From Desulfobacterales bacterium (GTDB lineage Bacteria; Desulfobacterota; Desulfobacteria; Desulfobacterales; UBA2174): 64,000 nucleotides of DNA. The notes beneath the pieces were generated by a model. That model did no database searches. It worked only from the letters and a program-made list of their open reading frames with translations, and was not told the origin of the DNA. This document shows, piece by piece, positions 59,195-64,000 of the stretch. The position numbers and the translations under genes were made by a program. Position 1 is the stretch's first letter, and each line of letters begins with the position of its first letter. The stretch covers positions 576,001 to 640,000 of the forward strand of contig CAXXWC010000021.1 in assembly GCA_963668645.2 (NCBI GenBank), read 5' to 3'.

Positions 59195-59220
59195 TTAACG
59201 CTACTCACTTGAGGTGTATC

Positions 59221-60351
59221 GTGAACAACCCCTTTGATTTCAGTGGGATCGTAACCGGACAGGCATTTTGCAACCGGGAGCAGGAAATTGCCGATCTATC
59301 GCATTACTTGCAGGGCCGGCAGAATGTATTGCTCTATTCCCATCGCCGCTATGGCAAGACATCGCTGGTCTACCGCGTGCTGGAAGTCATGGCAGCCGGC
59401 CGCCCCAAAATGGACGGTATCGTCGTTGACCTTTACGGCACCGTATCCGAAAGGGAGTTCGCTGATGCCGTTCTTCAGGGTATCAGCCGCTCGCTACGTT
59501 CGGTCGACCGTTTATTGAAATCAGCCAAGGAACTTCTGTCCGGCCTGCGACTGCAGGTGAGCCTGGATCCGGAAACCGGGGCTGCCACCCTGTCGCTCGG
59601 ACAGGGTGGCAATGCTGCGGAAGGGGTGCTGGACAGCGCCATGGCCGCTCTCGAACGCTTCTCCCGGCGCTCGCCGGTGGCCGTGGTCCTGGACGAGTTT
59701 CAGGAAATCGCCTCGTATGCCGAATCCGCCTTCGAAAAACGGCTGCGGCGCCACATCCAGGGCCACTCCAACATTGCTTACGTTTTTTGCGGCAGCCAGC
59801 GTCACTTGCTCACCGAATTGTTCGACGACCGCAACCGCGCCTTCTTCCGACTGGCGCAACCCTACCCTCTGGGGAAAATCACAACCGAGGCCTACGTGGA
59901 TTGGGCCGGTCCCTTATTCGAGGCCGCCGGAGGCCGCATTGAACCGGACCTGGTACGCGATATCGCGGCCCGCTGCGATCATCACCCTATGTACATCCAG
60001 CAGTTTCTCTTTCACTTGTGGCCGCTGAAGAACCCGTCAGCAATGGATGTGAAGGCTGTCGAGGAGGAAATCCTGCGCCGCAATCACAACAGCTATCTCA
60101 CTCTCTGGGATAACTTGACACTCAACCAGAAAAAGGCTCTCAAACTGGTGGTTGCCAAGAGCGGGCGACAACTTTATGGCGCAGAAACCCTGTCGCAGGC
60201 CGGTTTCAAGGCCGGATCGCAGCTCAAACGCGCCCTGGATGCCCTGACCGCCCGTGATATCTTGGAAAAAAACGGCGATTACCAGATCCATGACGTGCTT
60301 TTTTCACGCTGGGTGGAGCGACTCCCGCTGGCGACAAGCCTTCTCCCCTAA
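59221..60351 (+). CDS. AAA/archaeal-type ATPase with probable C-terminal winged helix
   Basis: NPF..G...FCNREQE, SHRRYGKTSL Walker A, VVLDEFQEI Walker B, VFCGS, HPMYIQ, YQIHDVLFSRW. Confidence 0.88.
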   Translation: MNNPFDFSGIVTGQAFCNREQEIADLSHYLQGRQNVLLYSHRRYGKTSLVYRVLEVMAAGRPKMDGIVVDLYGTVSEREFADAVLQGISRSLRSVDRLLKSAKELLSGLRLQVSLDPETGAATLSLGQGGNAAEGVLDSAMAALERFSRRSPVAVVLDEFQEIASYAESAFEKRLRRHIQGHSNIAYVFCGSQRHLLTELFDDRNRAFFRLAQPYPLGKITTEAYVDWAGPLFEAAGGRIEPDLVRDIAARCDHHPMYIQQFLFHLWPLKNPSAMDVKAVEEEILRRNHNSYLTLWDNLTLNQKKALKLVVAKSGRQLYGAETLSQAGFKAGSQLKRALDALTARDILEKNGDYQIHDVLFSRWVERLPLATSLLP

Positions 60352-60453
60352 ATTCTCACCGCAACTTGCCGACGTGATGTTGAGCGGAAAACTGAAGATC
60401 CAGGGCACCCCCAGGCGCAGCACCGCCGCAAAACCCGTGAGCTAATCGAGGAG

Positions 60454-60639
60454 ATGGGCCTTTCCGGCATCGATCTTAAAAACGATTCCCGGCTCCTCTG
60501 GAAGATCTTCAACAACGTCGACCCGGGCTGGGACTTCCATATTCAGAGCCGAAGAATGGTGATCGACGCCTGCATCGAGGGGCAGGCGGACGGCCATGCC
60601 CGAGAATGGCCCGAGGCCTTGACCTTCGACCCGGCGTAG
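60454..60639 (+). pseudogene. C-terminal remnant of a UbiD-family decarboxylase
   Basis: IDLKNDSRLLWKIFNNVDPGWDF...MVIDAC...DGHAREWP resembles the UbiD-family ending (W..FNN.DP.RD...IDA..K..DG..REWP). Confidence 0.55.
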
Positions 60640-60967
60640 TGCTTGGGACGGTCTGAGAAGCGGCAATATATTGCTGATAAATTTGATTTTCAGAGAACAA
60701 TTGGCAACATTTTGCCAGTTGCGGAAATTGACTGGGCAGGACGGAAATCAGAATTATTGGCCCGGATACTGGCGAAAGGGCAAGGGCATATTTCCCCGGT
60801 AACCATAGGATATAACAATTGACCCAGTCTCAAGTCTCTGCTATAGCAATCTAAGTTCTGAGTAATTTAACAGCCTTGAGGGCACTCAAAAATGAACTCT
60901 TGCCTCTGAAACCCTGCTTTCCACAACGGATGGCGGGGTTTTGTGTTTTTTGGGGGAAAGACGGTCT

Positions 60968-61080
60968 CGCGCAGAGACGCAGTGGCGCAGAGAATGACTG
61001 AATTGGTGACGGATTGATGAAGTCTGGGATCACACGCTGCGTAAATAGCCTTTAAGACTGACTTCCTCTGCGTCTCGGCG
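60968..61080 (+). pseudogene. Internally deleted GxxExxY-like gene with flanking CGCAGAG-type inverted repeats
   Basis: CGCGCAGAGACGCAGTGGCGCAGAG, then ATG ACT GAA (MTE) joined to GGT GAC GGA TTG ATG AAG TCT GGG ATC ACA CGC TGC GTA AAT AGC CTT TAA (GDGLMKSGITRCVNSL), then CTCTGCGTCTCGGCG. Confidence 0.6.
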
Positions 61081-61197
61081 GCATTTCAAGAGTTAGAGTG
61101 TCATTTTTCAGACAATAGATCATTTGCTACTTTCGTTAAATTGGGTATAGGGAATTTCGAATTAAAGTACATATGAACTGAAGCGGTAGTCCGAAAT

Positions 61198-61315
61198 GAT
61201 TGTATACGGAATCATAGTTTCGGATTCAATCCGCTTTGCAGATTTTACGCAAATACATGCAAAAAACCATTCATCGGATTCGACATAACTCCGCATACAA
61301 TCTTAAACGTTATGC
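61198..61315 (+). other. Long attC-like site (R'' eroded), left boundary of cassette 1
   Basis: GATTGTATACGGA (61198-61210) pairs with TCCGCATACAATC (61290-61302); inner AATCCG/CGGATT; ends in core GTTATGC (61309-61315). Confidence 0.6.
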
Positions 61316-61343
61316 AAAAAACTGAACTGAGGAATAGGCAAGA

Positions 61344-62438
61344 ATGAAGATTATGTTCTATCAGTTTCCCATACCCGCTAATTCGCTACTACGGATAGCA
61401 GATATGCTTAGAGACCGTGACGTTTTTACTCCCGGTTTTGATATACGAAATACTGATGTTTACGATCCAGCTACTTACCTTGTACAAAAAGAAGACCATG
61501 ATACGGATACCCGCCTGCTGGCTGATAGAAATCTGCTGACGCGATGGATTAACCTCACAAAGGCAGGTTTAGTGACTGATGAGGTTAAAGCTGCTGTGGC
61601 TGTACTTGTGTTCTGCCAGTGCTGTGGAATAATAGTTGAGCCGAACATTGCACTTTACGAGGTAGCGGCAGAATCAGGGAATGGGGTCGCCAACAGCGAG
61701 GAGGTTTTGTTCAGGGTGGTCGATAATGCTGATCCTCGTGTTTTGGCGGAAGTTGCCCTTGGCAATTTCAACAACGCTCCGCGGTCATTCATAACGCTGA
61801 AAGACATACCGTCAAGCAAAGACATTGACTTCTCCATGCCACTCAGGATGTGGCGCAGAAATTACGTGTTGGCGTTGAAGGCTGCCGCTATTGCATTAGA
61901 TGGCGGACGGACCGAAACGCTTGTGGAAAGACTATTTGACTGGATGTATTCTCAGTACGTGTTCCTTGCCCCTTCAACAGTCCTTGCACTCTCCTATTTC
62001 TCGCCTAATGGTCCTAAGAAAGGGTTGTTCAAGAAAATTCAATCAGACGATCGTGAGCGTGCTATAACGGGAATCAAGAACGCTGCCTGGGACCTAACAC
62101 TGATTCATCAGTGGTTGCATATGGTGCGTGGCCAGCAGACCAACAACACTATCAACTTGCTCGGGTCTCTCGACAGGAAACTACAAACAATTGCGAGGAA
62201 TATATTGGTGTTTACGGACTCTGATGAGGTCGTTGAGGCAGTCCGTCGGGAGACGTTTGACAGTATATGGGGAATAAATTCTAATACCCGGCTTTATTCA
62301 AAAATCATGCAGTATTACGAAGACAGTGAAAATCCCACTCGTTTAGCAAATAGGGTAGATGATCAAGTATCTATCGATGATCTGATTCTCAAAGGTGAGC
62401 AGGAGATTCGAAAATGGCATCCTTCGAACCGCGCATAA
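61344..62438 (+). CDS. Hypothetical protein in an integron-type gene cassette, possible PIN-like fold
   Basis: 364-aa AT-rich ORF whose TAA lies inside the attC R'' box; acidic motifs LLADRN, ALYE, AAWDL, LGSLDRKL. Confidence 0.8.
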   Translation: MKIMFYQFPIPANSLLRIADMLRDRDVFTPGFDIRNTDVYDPATYLVQKEDHDTDTRLLADRNLLTRWINLTKAGLVTDEVKAAVAVLVFCQCCGIIVEPNIALYEVAAESGNGVANSEEVLFRVVDNADPRVLAEVALGNFNNAPRSFITLKDIPSSKDIDFSMPLRMWRRNYVLALKAAAIALDGGRTETLVERLFDWMYSQYVFLAPSTVLALSYFSPNGPKKGLFKKIQSDDRERAITGIKNAAWDLTLIHQWLHMVRGQQTNNTINLLGSLDRKLQTIARNILVFTDSDEVVEAVRRETFDSIWGINSNTRLYSKIMQYYEDSENPTRLANRVDDQVSIDDLILKGEQEIRKWHPSNRA

Positions 62439-62501
62439 CCCATCGTTCCACCAGATCGGCGAGGACAAGGCGCTCGCCTCCCGCTGAACTCAACGTTCTG
62501 T
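62433..62501 (+). other. Integron attC recombination site (69 bp)
   Basis: R'' GCATAAC, N5, L'' GTTCCACC, central stem GGCGAG/CTCGCC, L' GCTGAAC, N5, R' GTTCTGT. R'' is the exact complement of GTTATGC at 61309. Confidence 0.85.
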
Positions 62502-62521
62502 GAGAAGATAAGGAAACACCA

Positions 62522-63082
62522 ATGAAAATTCAGAAAGATATCAGATGGAAACCTACCGGTAGGGCGATAGGAGAAGGGGGCCAAGCCCAAGTTCAAGAAG
62601 TTCAGGATTCATCGGGTGAGCACATGGGAAAATATGTGCTCAAGGCACTTGCTAAAGGAAAGCCTCGCCAAGCATACAACCGGTTCTATGGCGAGATTTC
62701 GGCTATTAAAGGACTCAACCACCCTTACATTGTCACAGTCGTAGATTCTTCCACGTCTGAGGATGATTTCCATTATTACGTCATGGAATTGATTGAGGGT
62801 GCTAAGCCTCTAATGAACTTTCTTGGGGCGACAGAAAATCCTTTCTTCTGCAACCAGGTCGTAGCGATAGATTTGTTCCAAAAGCTTGCTGAAGTTATTC
62901 TGGCTTGCGAACAAAATAAACCAAAGATCATACACAGGGATCTCACACCAGGAAACGTTCTCCTTGTTCCTGATGGCACCATTCGCATTATCGACTTTGG
63001 CATTTGTCAAATTGAAGGCGAGGAAACCATCACCCTGATGGACGAAGAGGTGGACACCATCAACTACATGGCGCATTTTTAG
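62522..63082 (+). pseudogene. Hanks-type Ser/Thr protein kinase, C-terminally truncated (cassette 2)
   Basis: GEGGQAQV, VLK, EISAIKGLNHPYIV, YYVMELIEG, IIHRDLTPGN, IIDFG; stops at TINYMAHF where YMAPE and subdomains IX-XI are expected. Confidence 0.85.
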
Positions 63083-63194
63083 CAAATTAAAAAAAATGAC
63101 GGTCCTTTAATGGTATGCTCTCTATTCGATAGAATAGGCTCTTTAAAGATACAATAAAATTGCCAACAATTTTTCATCACAGAAATGAGCTTAG

Positions 63195-63715
63195 GTTAAA
63201 AAATTAGAAAGAATAATGGCGAGGCATTATTCTTTCTTTTTGGAGTTTGTTCCTGGTTTTAAAACACAGATTCAGTACTCCGGTGTTGATAAACTCTTTG
63301 ACATAAGCGAAACCGTCGGCAGTGCATAGAGTGCTTGCCGGGCCCTGTCTTGAGAGGGATAGATGTAAGGTTCGCTACTACGGGCTGACATAATGCCCGA
63401 GGATGCTATAGATGATCAACACTTCGACCTGCTTGTCGTTTTAGATGAAAAGCCAGACTGTAGCGCAGGGGGGGGACAGGAGACGTTAAACGGCAGGTTC
63501 AGCCCTGAATGGATCATGATTTTTTCAGATTGTCCTCCATGCTGCGGATAGTCAGGCGATTTCCTCCGTTAGGTACGAAGAGGGGGAAGGCCAGAGTCAT
63601 CAAGCAGTTGAGAAAAATTCGCTGGAAGACCAGGTAGTGGCAGAGCGTTTCGACCAGTTCATCGTGACGGTTACGGATTGCGAATAGTCTATTGCTGTTG
63701 CCACCTTTTTATGGG
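63195..63715 (-). pseudogene. Decayed tyrosine recombinase (XerD/RIT-like) C-terminal remnant
   Basis: Piecing minus-strand frames gives KGG...DELVETLCHYL...PLFVPNGGNRLTIRSMEDNLKK / HSGLNLPFNVSC / LRYSLAFHL / DKQVEVLIIYSILGH / EPYIYPS, with several frameshifts. Ends approximate. Confidence 0.65.
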
Positions 63716-63827
63716 CAGTGGGAAAACCAACAAGTTTTCCTTTTTATCGCAATTCCACCTACAATTTTTAATTTTGTGAGAGCTATAGCTTATAACCCGT
63801 AAACTTTTCGAAGAGAAGGAGACAGAA

Positions 63828-64000
63828 ATGTTGCTTCACCTTGTTAATCCAAATTTAAACAAACAACAATATAAAGAGTGTGTAGAAACGTATTTAATGG
63901 ATCTTTTTTATCCAGAAAAAAAACTAATTGAGCGTTATAACAAATTGTTTTTATCAGCAAAAACAAACAATAAAACTGATAATTTTGAATCAATAAAGAT
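63828..64000 (+). CDS. Hypothetical protein (partial, runs off the right edge)
   Basis: AAGGAG SD, ATG at 63828, open frame MLLHLVNPNLNKQQYKECVETYLMDLFYPEKK... to the window end; very AT-rich. Confidence 0.6.
   Translation, partial: MLLHLVNPNLNKQQYKECVETYLMDLFYPEKKLIERYNKLFLSAKTNNKTDNFESIK

Noticed and set aside
63195..63715. Integron integrase intI for the cassette array
   Set aside because: It lies downstream of and convergent to the cassettes, and I see no IntI-specific insertion before the HxLRH-like box; it looks XerD/RIT-like.
1..64000. CRISPR array, tRNA, rRNA, known riboswitch
   Set aside because: I found no regularly spaced repeat-spacer run, cloverleaf or rRNA-like tract by eye; a covariance-model scan would be needed to exclude small RNAs.

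Overview
This is a bacterial chromosomal window. Its gene content (sigma54 regulators, multiheme cytochromes, HybAB/Hmc-like subunits) suggests a sulfate-reducing Desulfobacterota (Desulfobacterales-like) host; that assignment is inference. The backbone is GC-rich and is interrupted by AT-richer accessory patches. From left to right: (1) a solute-binding-protein-linked NarL-type two-component system with a four-half-site operator; (2) a MITE and small genes; (3) a 15-kb leftward uptake/catabolic run (ArsB/NhaD transporter, apparently non-catalytic eIF-2B-like protein, 1130-aa M14 metallopeptidase, DppABCDF, AapJQM, ATC-hydrolase family); (4) a decaying Crp/Fnr locus; (5) a sigma54-controlled ydiO/caiA-caiB-fixABCX operon; (6) a ~14-kb island bracketed by a ~2.1-kb direct repeat of fixB'-fixC-fixX, carrying IclR, an ASL-like lyase, a MmgE/PrpD enzyme, TctABC, IS remnants and an AEP primase-SF2 helicase-PLD fusion; (7) a sigma54-controlled module of a TusA-like protein, HybA, HybB and a 13-heme c3-OTR fusion; (8) an AAA ATPase; (9) an AT-rich right end with integron attC sites, a PIN-like orphan cassette, a truncated Ser/Thr kinase, a GxxExxY remnant and a decayed tyrosine recombinase. 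I saw no rRNA, tRNA or CRISPR array. All family calls come from motif recognition by eye, not from database searches.
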